Source of the DNA: Eledone cirrhosa | Taxonomy: Eukaryota | Direction: 5' to 3' | Length of the DNA: 64,000 nt | Assembly (NCBI GenBank): GCA_964016885.1 | Contig: OZ024742.1 | Location: 284,208,001 to 284,272,000, forward strand | Part shown: piece by piece, positions 50,091 to 63,733 of the stretch | How the letters are laid out: every line of letters begins with the position of its first letter | How positions within the stretch are numbered: position 1 is the stretch's first letter | Made by a program: the position numbers and the translations under genes | The notes under the pieces: generated by a model | Seen by the model: the letters and a program-made list of their open reading frames with translations, nothing else | Told to the model about the DNA's origin: nothing | Database searches by the model: none

Positions 50091-51639
50091 TATATGTGTA
50101 TGTAAATACATATATATTTGTGTATATATATATATCCACACATACATACATGCAAAATAATCAATAATGATGATAATAATAATAATAATGATGTAATGAT
50201 ATACCCGTAGAAAACAGAAAAAAAAAAGGTTTTCTAATTCATAAAAAAATAATCTTCAATTTTATGTGTATGTGTTTATGCATTTATTTGAATGCGTTTG
50301 TATGACAACTGTGATATGTACATATATGCATGAGTATGTATATGATTGCATTTTGTTTTTCTTGATTGTTAGTGTTTATATGCATATGTATGAGTGTGTG
50401 TATATATATATACACACACTCGGACCCCGATGTCTGAGCTCTTGTCGTTTCAAACTAGCTGTTGAAACAGCAAGAGCTCAGCCGTCGGGGTCCCGATTCT
50501 TTCATATTACCACACTCTACTACCCCAAGTATCAAGTACTCTGGTGAGTAATGGTCTAACAGGTTTTTACTGCACCCATTTTGATTTATATATATATATG
50601 CATATGCACATACACACACAAGCGTGAGTTGGAATCTGGCACTAACCCTAGCAACTGCAAAGCAAAATAAATTGTTGAAAAAGAGAAAATAGAGGTGGCA
50701 AGGGGAAAATTTCCTTCTTGTTTAAAATATACACTTTGTAAATACCCCCACATGACCAAAAGCACACAGAAAAAAGTTCCAGAACATTCCTTTCAGAGTT
50801 TTTATCCATTTTTAGGAGTTGGAAAAATGGACTTAAAAAAGATAATTGTATGTATATATATATAACTACCAATAATTGACATGAACCCTCCACCTCATAC
50901 CCCCACCCATACATGCCAGTATATTTGGCTGCCCCCCTCACTCATCCTGATAATAAAAAAATGTTTCTCCACTTCTTCAACATTCCAACCTTTCTCCGAA
51001 CTTCACTCTTTTCTGATGATGAAAGACTAATGTCCAATACATTGTCATTTTAACTTTTATTTTTTCCTAATAAGCGTGAAACTAATAACACGTGTTATTG
51101 TATTTCTGTGTTCACCTTGTTTATTTTGAACTATATATATATATATATATTTATTAAAATAACAGATTAAAGTTTAAGCAAAGAATCGCTGCTTTCACCC
51201 GTGAAACTTTAATCTCTTATTTTAATAAATATTTGTTCTATGGTTTTTATATATATATGATTATCCTTATTGAGCCCTCTTCGGATTTTAGTCTTCACAT
51301 TTATTATTATTACTATATATATAATCATAATCATCTTTTTTAAGTCCACTTTTCCAACTCTTAAGAATGGATAAATATATACATACATACACACACACAC
51401 ATATATATAGAAAGAGAGAGGAGAGGAGGACAGACCATATGTGGTCGCAAGATCTGCAACAAATATCAGTCAAATAGCTCCCCCATATTAAACCTTGGGC
51501 TAACTTAATAAAGAAGAAAAATACATTTGATAATGTAGTCCTATGTACACTATGCCCTCCTCATTAAAGGTCACATCTTAATATAATTTTAAGCTCTGTT
51601 CAATCAATAACATTTTCACCACCAACACCACTCTGGATC

Positions 51640-52890
51640 TGAAATGTGGTAAGAGATTCTTCTTCGGCCACTTATTTCTGAGAGGGTTGTAGGGGCAGAG
51701 TCTTCAAAGACTCCTTCCAGGGGGTCCTATCAGAAGCAACCGTTTCCAACTAATCCGGTTGGATCCCCAAGTGAGACTGGCTGAGCTCTTAGATGTTATC
51801 CAACTATTTTGCTCTGGCTGCCGGTTGGTTTTATCCGTAAAATCTAGAGAAATAGTGACTCTACGATCTTTGATCTACGCACTCTATCAGGTAATGCTAC
51901 TCAAAAGACCCTTCGAAGTAACCCCATTTCGGCCACTTGTATTCGCGATCATATTCTTTCGGTCATTACCCAAGATTCATGACCATAGTTAAGGGCTGGC
52001 ACGAATACTGAATTGGAGATATCGAGTTTGGCCTTTACACCTACCTTCCTTCTTCTAATTATCGAATGCTGAAGCTAGTGCATTACTGCACCAACTCCTG
52101 CAATTCTTGCACTTAATTCAGCCTCCTGTCTTCCATCACTCATGAATATGGCCCTTTAACTTCTCCACCTACTTCAGTAGAACTTCATTAACATGTAGAG
52201 TGCACTGCGCAGGCTTCCTTGAGAGGGTGAGTACCTCAGTTTTCGTCGCACTGATTTCCATTCCAGTCATGCAGCACTTAGCATCAAACCTATCAAGTGC
52301 CAGTCGGAGATCATTATCTGCTGAGTTAAGTAATACCATGTTACCTGCAAATTCCAGCTGACTGATTCTACACCTGCCAGTCAGGATACTACTTCCAACC
52401 TGGCTGCGCATGTCAAACCTGTTCATGTAAATAATGAACAGGAGAGGTGACAGTATGTACCCTTGGCAAAGTCCAACTCCCACATTGAAAGGCTTCAATT
52501 TAGCACCACTTATCTGAACCCAAATACGCGAGCATTTGTATAGAGACATCATGGCACCAAAATATGTCCGTTGATACCATACTCTTGCAGAACCTTCCAC
52601 AGAAGGCCCCGTGGAACGTGGTTATATACCTTTTCAAGGTCTGCAAAGGAAGACTACACCTCTTGGCAATACTTCCACGATATTTGGTCAGCTGTGCTGC
52701 GTCTCGGGTGAAAACCACACTATTTATCAGCTAGTTTGGACTTGACCATCTCCCTACATCTCTTTGCCAGACACTTAGCAAAGTCTTTTTACCAGGGAGG
52801 CTTAACAAGGAGATCCCTCTATAATTGGAGCAATCTCTCTTGTCTCCCCTTTTGAAAATTGGGATTCCCGGTTGCCATTGCTTTGGTGCC
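51640..52890 (-). mobile_element. Decayed non-LTR retrotransposon RT (different RTE-like family)
   Basis: ORF 52169..52600: PFNVGVGLCQGYILSPLLFIIYM..LEFAGNMVLL..GMEISATKTEV (RT motifs with degenerate ADD). Confidence 0.8.
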
Positions 52891-53600
52891 TTTCCAGAGA
52901 TCCAGGCCACCCGGAGTCACTGGTGTGAATAAGACCACCCAAAACTGCAATATAGCTAGAGGTAAGAGATTTATAATAAGAAAAAATTAATTTACAGCTC
53001 CCACCTGGCCTCCTTGAGGTTGCATCTGATAAAAGGTTTCTTGGGTGTTTTAATAATAGGGATCCCAATCCTATCATAAAAAGCAACGTGAAATGAAGCA
53101 TCCTGCTGAAGGACCCAACATGCCATCTGGTCCAAGAACTGAACACATAACCTTATGGCCATGAGCCCAACACCATAACTACCAGGCCACACACTTTCAC
53201 AAAGAGATGTAGATATAAATAATCTGAATGATGAAGCTGGATCCACTATTCTATGAATATAGCAAAAGAAGAATGTTTGCGCTAGCCACCATGTTACTAA
53301 GCATGGCAAACAAGACAAGATATATTAGACAGAGATAGACAACCTTTAGTTGACATGAACTGATGAAGAAGTGATACAAGATCAGTGCCTGTGTCAGTAA
53401 ACTAGTTAGGATAGGGTTCTTTTAAAGGTTATTTTTATAGCCTTTTATCAACGTAGCTACCCTATTTATAATGTCAGGGCCACTGATTGACTCTGCTCTA
53501 CCTTCTGACCCAGACCTCCAGCAGTTGGCATTTCATAGAAAGGAAAGAAAGAAAAAAAAAAACAACGAAAATGCAGATAATAAATAAATATATACATAGA

Positions 53601-53905
53601 GGCACATGGTTTAGTGGTTAGAGCATTGGGCTTGCAATCGAAAGGTTGTGAGTTCAATTCTCAGACTGGGTGATGTGTTGTTTCCTTGAGCAAAAGACTT
53701 TATTTCACATTGCTCCAGTTTACTCAGCTGTAGAAATGAGATGATAGGACTGGGGTCCCTATCATTCCACTGCAAAAAAAGCACCCAGCACTCACTGTAA
53801 ATGAGGTTGGTGTTAGGAAGGGCATCCAGCTGTAGAAACCAAGCCAGAATCAGTTCCCGTCCCACCCTTGCAAGCAGGGAAAAGCGGACGTAAAATGATG
53901 ATGAT
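53601..53905 (+). mobile_element. Full-length tRNA-derived SINE sharing its 3' tail with the RTE LINE
   Basis: A box tggtttagtgg, B box gagttcaattc; ends ccgtcccacccttgcaagcagggaaaagcggacgtaaaatgatgatgat, the same as the RTE end at ~21507-21556. Confidence 0.88.
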
Positions 53906-56766
53906 AGAAGAACAATAGCAAACAATTGCCAATTGCAAAGTGGTTGCTTTGTAGCTAACTGTACTGCAATGAGACAGATAGTAGTACGAGGTATTCTGTA
54001 TACTCTGTAATATGGGGGGGGGGGGGAGCATATTTTAACCCTTAACCCAAAGAAGAACTAAAATGCTTTCTGTCCATCCCACTTAAAGTCTTTTCAAACA
54101 TGAATTATGAAATAAATATTGTTTTTATTTTCAGTCTTTGGGAGGTGAAAAAAAAAAGAAAAACACCAGAGGGAATTGATAAATAAAAATTCTTTCATCA
54201 GGTAAAATTCAGGTGATGTTATTTAAATGCACCTGGAATAGTGCTTGTGCTTGACTCTTGAATTCACGTCCCTATCCTCCTAGTTAAGCTTTGCAGTTGC
54301 TACTATATGTTTTCCAGAATGATGATAAATAATGTGAAATTTAGTAGATAAAAAAAAGCCTACATTGAATGATGTAATCCTATCCCTGATACCTGTTACA
54401 TGCAGAACAATGATACTTTCTAGAACATGATACTGCTATTGCAGTTTTGTGAAATAAATGATGAAATATTGAGGTTGAATAGTTTAGGATATTGTTGTAT
54501 AATTATTTGTAATGAAATGAGGTCTCGTGTAGTGTTACATAATGTGTGGTGTAATGTTATTTTAAAATTGTAGCATTGCATGATATACTGATTTCTTTAA
54601 AGCATAGTGGAGAAGTATTTAGTATATAGTATAGTGATTTCATTTTAACGCACTGTACTATTAATCAAGTGCCACATAACAATGTAGTGCATGCAGTGGG
54701 GCATAATGTGGTGCAGTGTGGCATACAGTTTCAAGTGTTGTTGCTATATTGTTTTGATTTGCAATGACATTTGTTTCTGCTGCAAGGCTACAACACGTAT
54801 TGGTTGTTTGAATTGTTTCATCGATAGATAAGTCCTTTCATGTGACACTTTGTAGAGGTAAATATATGATGATAATGATGATGATGATGATGACGCAGAT
54901 GATGTTAATGATATAATACAATGTGCCAATTTTGTTGTGGTTGTTGTTCTTAAGGTACATACTAACCATGAATTTTATAGTGCATTAATTGTTGTACAGA
55001 TGCCCTTAACACCATTAATGTCTGTAGTTTAGTCTTACAATAACACTCCAGCAGTGTCTGCATTGTTGTCATATATTTTGTCCATTCTCTGTACTGTGAG
55101 TAAACTCCCAATGGTGTCTGTACGGTTTTGTTAAGATACTCCAGTTGATGAGTTTATACTGAGAGTACACAGCCACTATTGTCTGTTCAACAGGTGGGAA
55201 CACTCCTCTCTGCAATACTGTACTGCTGTCAAACAACCCACCACTAGAGGCTGTACTCACATCGAACACTCCATCATGTTCTATTATCATAGCAAACTCC
55301 ATTTTCACTTGAATCTCTTTTCTTGTCGAATACTCCACTCTCAGCCCTTCTTCATCTTGGAAGGTTAAGTGTGATGTCAGCTTTTGTCTCAACACATGTC
55401 ACAACATATCTTGCACAGCACCAAGGATAGTAAGTGTCTTCTACCAAATGTCGACCATTTCCTCCAAGAATCTTGGTCATTATCACAAGACTGGTCAACA
55501 ACTTTGGTCAGAAGTTAAATAACTGAGTTGCAAGGGGTGATGGGAGTGGTTAAAAATTTAGGCACAATAATCCGGTTGGCAAGGATGATATTTTTTGCAT
55601 TTATATACCTGCAAATATAAAAAAAATACAATAAATATTATAAGATTTGTAGTGCACCTGAGTACTTTACACATTAATTTTCCTTATTTCATTTTGCTGT
55701 GCTGGAAAAAAACCTGTCCAACCCATGCAAAGTCAGTTGTGAAAATGATGGTAATGATGAATGTATAGTCATTAGAAACTCATTTCGTAACTGTTTTGTT
55801 TTATATTTATGTGCTTTGATAACCTTTCTAGTGTTGAAGCCATAAAATTCACCTAGGACATTCTGTTAAGTGGTAGTGTTGGTGCCACAATAATATTCAC
55901 CCATTACAACCCCATACTGTGTTAGTGCTAGTTCCATGATAAAATGCATTCACTACACTCTTAAAAATTGAAGTGATGGGGGGCACAATAAAATTCACCA
56001 AGTTGTAGAAACCATACCAAATATGAAACATAGGAGCGAAGACATGATTGCCAAGCAGACTAGTTATGGACTGTAACGACTTGTACAGCTCATACCAACA
56101 TGGAAAGTCGACGTAAAAATGATCTCAACTCCCTTCTCTCTGGAAGTTATCTAAAATCTTCAACTCACAAAATTTCGAAAAATAAAAAAGCAATTGTTAT
56201 AAAAAAACAAACTACATTAAATCTCATAAAAGCCATATTCAAAGGGAGATAAACCATTCTTATAAAGGGACATAACTCTGACACCCCCCTCGCCTTTTAC
56301 CAAACACTTCACGTTTTAGTTTTACTTTTAATGAAAGAGTCTCTATATAGTTATTTAACTAGATAGAAATAACAACTAAAATATAATCTTGATTAGGAAG
56401 AGGTGATTTTTCAGACACGTCTAGTCCTGGATTGTGACAACCAATTCAACCTATGTTAGTATGGAAAAAAAAACACGTAAAATGAACCCAGCTGTCTCTG
56501 TAAAGTGGTAGTATTGGTGTCATGATAAAATGCAAAGTCCATGCTGTAAAGTAGTTGGCTTTAACGAAGTGCATCTAGCCATAGAAACCAAACCAAAATA
56601 GGATATGTGAACAAAATATGGTTCTCCAGTCAGCCTAGTTTTGGACTGTGACAACTCATCCAACTGATGCCACATGGAAAATTAACATAAAATGATGATG
56701 ATGATTGCACTTGTAGTGCTTTCAACTTACTTTTTTTGTTAAATACTTCTATTTTTTTCTATTTTG

Positions 56767-56852
56767 TTATTTACTGCCATCTGAGTCTGAACTATCTTGG
56801 TCTTTAAGCTTCCGTCTTTTGCTTTTGTAACTGTGTTCTTGCTCTACAGCAC
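56767..56852 (-). CDS. ptc: patched last coding exon (GAVEQEH...DSDGSK*)
   Basis: ctccag acceptor, phase 1 consistent, TAA at 56767-56769. Confidence 0.8.
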
Positions 56853-59800
56853 CTGGAGAGGAATAAGTGATTACAATTAGAACATTGTATACTGGTAAAG
56901 TAGAATATAACATTCTGTAATATTGGAACATCAACCATTTCGATATCATATTTCGAATGAAAGAGATGGACTTTGATTTTTAAATTGTTTTGAAAATATT
57001 TAATAATTTGTAGGGATTTAGAAACATAACAAACGTTCTCATTATTAAGCTGGTGTTTGGAACGACACTTAGCAAAGATTCTTACATAAAATTATGATGG
57101 GAGGTTTCTTTTTTTTAGATAAATACTAACACTTTAAAAAGAAAGGACAAATTTGGAAGAGTTAATAACTTTTTCATTTAACAAAGGTTCTTACATAAAA
57201 GTTTTTCAAATAAATAAATACTTAAAAGAGGTTTTGTATCATAGAAACAAGAGTGGTTTCAGGCAGTTTAGTATCAAAAGGGTTAATACATATCATTTCT
57301 ATCTATGGGAAAATTTGAGGTGAGGGGATTGAATGTCTAGAAAAAGGTTATCTTTGCTTACCTGGTAAAGGTGTGTGCACTTCAACTTTGACTGTAGCTG
57401 TAGCTTTTACTCTGGTTATATGTTTGGTCGGGGCTTGGGGTGTGTTGTAAGGGAAATTCTGAAAGTAGAAATAATAACAATAATAATTATGGTGATTTTT
57501 TCCCCCTAACATAGGAGAGGTTAGTCGATTAAATTAACCCCAGCTGGATCAAAGGTAAATCATTTGTCCGACTCTCTAACAATTCCGCTAATCCACCACC
57601 CTTATAATAATGGTTTTTAATTTAGGTGCAATGGCAGCAATCTGAGGGGAAGGGGAAGTTGATTATATCAATCCCAGTACTTGACTGGTACTTCATTTTA
57701 TTGACCCCAGAAGAATGAAAGGCAAATTTGACCTCGGCAGGATTTGAATTCAGAACATATAAAGAGCCAGAAAAAATACCAGAAAGTATTTAATTATAAT
57801 ATGAAAGGAAGAAAATAGTGCCCTTTGGTCATAAGTGGCCATAGATTTTGCATTTGTGACTGGCTGAACATGGACTTGTTTCTCCAAGACAAGACTGAGC
57901 AAGGTGTTTTGTGGAAGACCAGCAGTTGCCTATGCATGCCAGTCTCTTTTCTCTCCTACCACTGATGTTGTCTAAGGAGAAAGGCAAAAACAATGCAGCT
58001 TAGCACCAGTGTTGTCGCAACTCATCTCTTCCAGCTGAGTGGACTGGTACAAGTGGAAATAAAGTTTCTTGCTCAAGAACACAATGCACTGTTCCAAGAA
58101 ATTAATGACAAGCCTCTTCCCCAAAATAGTCATGTCCCATTCTATGGCCAAAATAGCACATTAAGAATTGTGATGTCCACCATAGAATTCAATGGACAAC
58201 CACAAGCTAGGGTGTGTGTGTTGGTGAGTTGAAGGTGTGGAGATAGTACTTACATTATCACAAAAGTCTTTTTTGGTCTGTGTTGACGATGTGGTGATAG
58301 GAATGGTGGTAGTTTCGACAACCACTTCTGGCTGTACAATGATTTCATGTGAGGAATACTGGGTTGGTTCTTCTGTAATGGTGCTTAGTGATATATCAGA
58401 AGGCATTCGAGGATATATATGCCTGCTAACTGACTTGATAGGCCTTTCTCTAGGCCGTGGGGAGGGCTCTGGAGTAGGAGGATCAATCATGTCCCCATTG
58501 TCTTTGGGTACAATCTTTTAAGTAAAAAAAAAAGTCATCAGGTTAAAACAAAAGCCACAGCATCAATAAAAACAAAATAGATGAGAATGAAAAAAGTAAA
58601 GGAAGCAAAATGGAAAAAAAAAAATCAGCAGAGTGTTTGCTCACTGCAAGCTTACCTCGCCTGGTGGTCCAATCACAGACAAAAGCACAGGTAAGAACCA
58701 TAAACCATTTAGTAAACCTAAGATTACCAACACTGATAAAACATTGAAGATATATCTGAAAGAATGAATGAAAATAATGAACACATAGATTTAAAAGAAA
58801 AAGGACGTTTTCTTATTGATCCTAAGAATTAAAATTAAAAGATAAAATTTAGAATATAATATTTTCAATATTTGCAAGTCTTTAGCTTAATTATTTATCA
58901 CATTAATAAGAACATTGTGCATGTGTGTGTCTTTCTTATAAATAAATATATATGGTTAAGAAGTTTACTTTATAATTATAGGATTCTGGGTTCAATACCA
59001 CTGCATGGCAAATAATGTCTTTTCCTGTAATCTCAGGTTAACCCAAACATTTATGGGTGAAACTGCCTAGACAGTAAAAGTGAGGAAACCCATCAGGTAT
59101 GTATACTGTACTTGTAATTAATTAAAAAAAGCCAGCCTAGTCACACACCATCACACAAGAGTCAATCATATACCAGGGCTTAGATTGCATATGTTGTTAT
59201 GAACTCCTATATTTGTTTGCATGTTGGTGATTATTCCTCCTCCTCTTCCTACTACTACTACTACTAATAATAATAATTGTTTCTACTTTTGGTACAAGGC
59301 CAGTAATTATCCCAGTGCATTACTGGTACTTTATTTTATCGACCCCCCCATAAGGATGAAAGGCAAAGCTAACCATGGCAGGATTTGAACACAGAATGTA
59401 AAGAGCCATAACTCTATGCTACAAAGCATGCTGTCTGACACTCTACCGATTCTGCCAATCCATATCGCCATACTAATAATAATAATAACAACAACAGGTA
59501 AGAAAACTTACTTAATAATAAAGTCAAACTCCGCTCCTATTAACATAATGATCCCTAATAATGTTGAGATCCCACCATGGACGACGGGAACAAAAGTATG
59601 TTCCAATGCCACCAACATTCGTCGATCCCGGCTGCCCACAGATGTGATGAAACCCTGTAAAAATGAAAAACATTGTCATTATTTAACTCACATCAATCCT
59701 CCTCCACAACATTCAACCTCTCACAACTCTAGAAATATGATTAGTACCACCAGCTATGATCAGTGTTATCAGCTATAATCAGCATTATCAGCTATAATCA

Positions 59801-62800
59801 GTATTACCAGCTATGACCAGTGTCATCAGCTATGATCAGTACCCCCCAGCTATGATCAGTGTTACCAGCTATAACTACTAATGACAATTACGATCAACAT
59901 AAACTGACATAAACTATGCAATCAGATAGCAAACAACAGACATATATAATAAATGCTGCTGCAGCAGCAATACTTACTATGCATACATGTGCAATAAATT
60001 CCATGCCAATACCCACAGCTATGACCAATGTAACTGCAGGGACTGCACTTAGCTTGATTCCCGCAATACCCATAAAACCAAGGAGTTGTAAAACTAAACA
60101 AAGAAGAATGACTACCTGGAAAAGAAAGAAAGAAAACATCAGATTAAGAACATATAGGATGTAATTATAGAGAATTGTTTAACCCTATTTCTATATTTAT
60201 TATTGTATTTTCATGGTAAAGGCTTTATTTCACATAGTACCAAATCTACGAGATTTTGATATTATTTATTTTGAGAACTATACCATAACATAAATACGAG
60301 CAGCTGGTTTGAATAGAAAGAGGTGAGAGAATTCTGGCTGGATACGGCCGGTTTAAATACTAATGGGTTAATGATGAGGTAATGTGAGTGTGTATGCACA
60401 CAGGTATACACAACATACACATGAATACATATTTCACACAAGTACATGATGAATGTCTGTATATGTAGTAGAATACACATGAAAATGATGCCAGATCTTC
60501 TAGACACACTAACAGAAGGAAGATCTATCCGGGTGCTATTTCTACCAGGTCGAGCATCCACGTAGAGGTTTCTATGTGTTAGTTCAATTTTAATTCTACA
60601 GAAAGGTGCAATCATTGTGAAGATATTGAAATAAATAAAGGAAGGAGTAAAAAAAAACAAAAAAAAAACAAATGTACTCACCACAATGAGGGCTAGCCAT
60701 AGGTTGACCAGTATTATAGCAATGACCAGAAATGTAACAACAAGGATACACAGAATGGACAAGGAAAGGTACATGCGAAGGTGCAAATATTGCTCCCAGT
60801 AGGTGAATGGGACACCACGTGGATAGTTAGGCAGTCCTTTCCCTTCAAACTCTTTACATATGGAACGGATATGCTGTAAAATACATGGATAAGAATATAG
60901 ATGACTATGGCCTCACATTGGTGTGAATTGGAGAGTAGTGAAACAATATTCAATATCATTTACCAAAGTGAAACAACATTAAATCAAAGCTGAGTCTTTG
61001 TGAGCAGTGTCACAACTCAAAATTTTGCATTCGTTATCTTAATTAAACTTGGAGTGTATATTCTTTTCAAGATGTGTTTACTATATACACCTACTTTCTA
61101 CAGTATCTTTTATCACCATCGTCATCACCACAGTTTTACGTCCATTTATCCATGCTTGCTTGGGTCAGACGGGCCATCCGTATTGAAAGACAAGCCTAGT
61201 CAGGACTGGCCATGCTGTACCTTGCTTCGATGGGACTGTAAATTTGGTCGTTTTTTTTTTTTACAGCTGGATGCCCTTCTTAACACCAACCACATTTACA
61301 GTGTGGGACTGAATGACACCGCTATGAGGAGGGACAGGCCTATTACACAATGTTAGGTAGACAGTGTTAGGAAGGGTAATCAGCTGTAGAATCATGTCGA
61401 AAATAGAATGTATGAGTTAAGATGAAGCCTTCTAACCCATCTAGGAGGTTAGTAATAAAAAAACAGCATAGAAAGCAGACTAAAAGTGACAATAGCGACA
61501 ATGATGATAATGATAATATTGAAGAGACTATTTCAGTAACCATAATACAGTAATGTGTTACAAACAAACCATCAGTATAACAGTAGTATAACTTCAATAA
61601 GAAATAACATTATAATAATGGCAGCTTCTAATATGGTTAGACTATGAAGTCTGAGGCATAAAAAAATAATGTGAACTTACTCGTACAGTTTCAATCATGT
61701 CACTGGTGTTGGACAAATTAGTTAGGTAAAATGGCAACTGAGCATACTGTATTTGGTGAGATTTGAACACTGAAAATAGTAAAAAATAGTAAATTGTAAG
61801 ATTGTATGTGGGGATGAAATGGAAGAAATATGAAAATTGTGAAGTCAATGGACAGAAGAACTCTGTCAAAGAATGTGTTAACAATGAGCATTTTAAGGCA
61901 ATTTTCCCTGTTAAGTTGGAGTTAAGTCTTGCAGGACCCCATTATAAACTATATATTTATCATTGGATCTGTGTTGAGGCAATGTTTTAGAGTGAGATAC
62001 CCTTTCTGGCTGCAACCCTTTTACTTGTCTCTTATATGGGATATGGTGTACCTATTCTAAATCAGATACATCAAGGTCCTATCAAAGTATATATTAAAAG
62101 AAAAAATGTTGTCTCAAAATATGGCTAAATTTTGCTGCAGGTTGAACTACCATATAGAAGCTCCTCACTGGCTTGCCATGGGTAAGGAGTATAGAGTTGA
62201 GGTATGATCTTGACAAACTCTTATTATAGTCAGCACAATCTCGCCCATAGGTGCCTTTAAGCAAACTCTATTCTGTTGAAAGCATTTGAACCAGGTTTTC
62301 AGTTGAAGGAAACATTCCTTCCTCCTACCAATTGACTAAATAAAATAATAAATTAAAAACAAAGCTCACCTTCTAAGCTTACATCTTGGTAGTCATGGAT
62401 AAAGGCCTTTACTGGTGGGTAGAAATCACCCATAGATGAGTCATACGCTAACACATCAGCGCCCCGCCATGCTGATAGATAGTTATAGAATCCTTTAGGG
62501 TTGATGATGCCATCTTTAACAAGTCGTACTTTGTGGACCTGCAAATACAAAAGGTGACAATAATGGTCACAATATGGTTTAGTTAGCTGCTTTGGGTGTG
62601 AATCTGTACTGTATGGCAGGACTGTGTTGGTAGTAAGTAGCTGTAGTTTGCAAATTGGTAGTCATTAGGGTGTTGAGTTAAATGCCCCAGTATTTATTTT
62701 GGCTTACTGCATTCAGAGTTCAAATCCCGCTGAGGTCAACTTTGCCTTTCCTCCTTTCGGGGGTTGACAAATATAGTTCCTTTCGGGGGTTGACAAATAT

Positions 62801-63733
62801 AGTATCAGTCTAGCAGAATTGTTTGATAATGATGTGGCTAATAGATGGGATCCAATGCAGTATCTGATCTGGATCTGTGCATTATAAGTTTAAATTGTAC
62901 CTCCTGTTAGGAGTTGTGACCATCAGATAATATCAGCATTGGAAAGATCACAAGAAACATAGTTGCTTTTGTCTGACCAAAAGATAAGCTTGTTTCCTTT
63001 CTTTTTTAGGCATGTATTGTGTATACTACCTATACAGTTATGTATTAATTCTGCATGCGTATATATGTGTGTGTGTGTGTGTATATATATACACACACAC
63101 ACAAATAAACCTTATACATATATAGAATAAATGCAAGCAATCATTGGAATGCCCTATGTGTATAAAAGGCACTTGGAAAACAGCCAACAATAAACAAAAC
63201 ATCTAGTAGACAAGACCACCAGATTCCAATCTCATAAAAATTACATTCGTAAAAACCGAGCCAATTGAACTAAATGTCTATGTTAGAGCTAAGATATCCC
63301 CCTAAAATCCCTACCTCAGACATCATTGATATATATACTATGTAACAGGTACCATGTAACATACACTATATTGTATTACAGTCTACAGTAGCTATGCACA
63401 ACACTGTACTTTGTGAGTGTGCTTTGTTTTTCTTACTTCTTTTTCAGATTTCAGTCATTAGTTTGTACCATACTAGAGTATGATGCTAATTATAGTAAAA
63501 TCCTTAGAGTGATGTTCCAGTAAAGCTCCAATCCAATGATTGATATCTGTAAAAGTATTTTAAAAAAACAACTTTATCAATCCTTACCTGATTGACATCA
63601 TAGGGATCATCAACGTTGCCGGTCTGGGCAAGAAGTCGGAAAGCCAAAATACCATTCTGAGAGGCATTCTGGTGCCACCTCTTAGGTCCAATGCAACTAT
63701 TAGCTACATCATTATCAAAAGATTCTTGTAAAT
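56767..63733 (-). CDS. ptc: Patched (Hedgehog receptor), 3' part; ten coding exons, gene continues beyond the window end
   Basis: Spliced translation gives GIINPKGFYNYLSAW, QYAQLPFYL, GLPNYPRGVPFTYWEQY, GIKLSAVPAVTLVIAVGIGMEF, EFDFI, LNGL..LPVLLS..GPP, DISLSTITEE, TRVKATATVKVEVH. All junctions GT-AG with consistent phases. Confidence 0.95.
57362..57458 (-). CDS. ptc: patched C-tail exon (NFPYNTP...ATVKVEVHTPLP)
   Basis: tttcag acceptor, cag|gtaagc donor, 97 nt. Confidence 0.88.
58254..58514 (-). CDS. ptc: patched C-tail exon (IVPKD...PPTPEP...FCDN)
   Basis: Weak AAG acceptor (ttaaaag), aat|gtaagt donor, 261 nt in frame. Confidence 0.85.
58656..58755 (-). CDS. ptc: patched exon (YIFNVL...GPPGE), last TM helix
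   Basis: ttcag acceptor, gag|gtaagc donor, 100 nt. Confidence 0.93.
59512..59654 (-). CDS. ptc: patched exon (GFITSVGSR...EFDFII)
   Basis: ttacag acceptor, aa|gtaagt donor, 143 nt. Confidence 0.93.
59748..59875. repeat. 19-bp intronic minisatellite, about 7 units
   Basis: cagctatgatcagtgttat repeats inside a patched intron. Confidence 0.85.
59978..60115 (-). CDS. ptc: patched exon (VVILL...KLSAVPAV...HVCI)
   Basis: ttccag acceptor, ata|gtaagt donor, 138 nt. Confidence 0.93.
60682..60873 (-). CDS. ptc: patched exon (HIRSIC...FTYWEQY...LALIV)
   Basis: ttacag acceptor, gtg|gtgagt donor, 192 nt. Confidence 0.93.
61681..61769 (-). CDS. ptc: patched exon (FKSHQIQYAQLPFYL...TVR)
   Basis: tttcag acceptor, cga|gtaagt donor, 89 nt. 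Confidence 0.92.
62370..62538 (-). CDS. ptc: patched exon (VHKVRLV...DVSLE)
   Basis: ttgcag acceptor, aag|gtgagc donor, 169 nt. Confidence 0.92.
63588..63733 (-). CDS. ptc: patched exon (DLQESFD...PYDVNQ)
   Basis: tttcag acceptor, cag|gtaagg donor, 146 nt, phase 1 to 0. Confidence 0.9.

Noticed and set aside
53601-53670. tRNA gene
   Set aside because: A/B boxes are present but continue into SINE body and LINE tail; no full cloverleaf.
55069-55395. 108-aa ORF downstream of patched
   Set aside because: Non-ATG start, no recognisable domain, no in-frame splice link found; probably 3' UTR.
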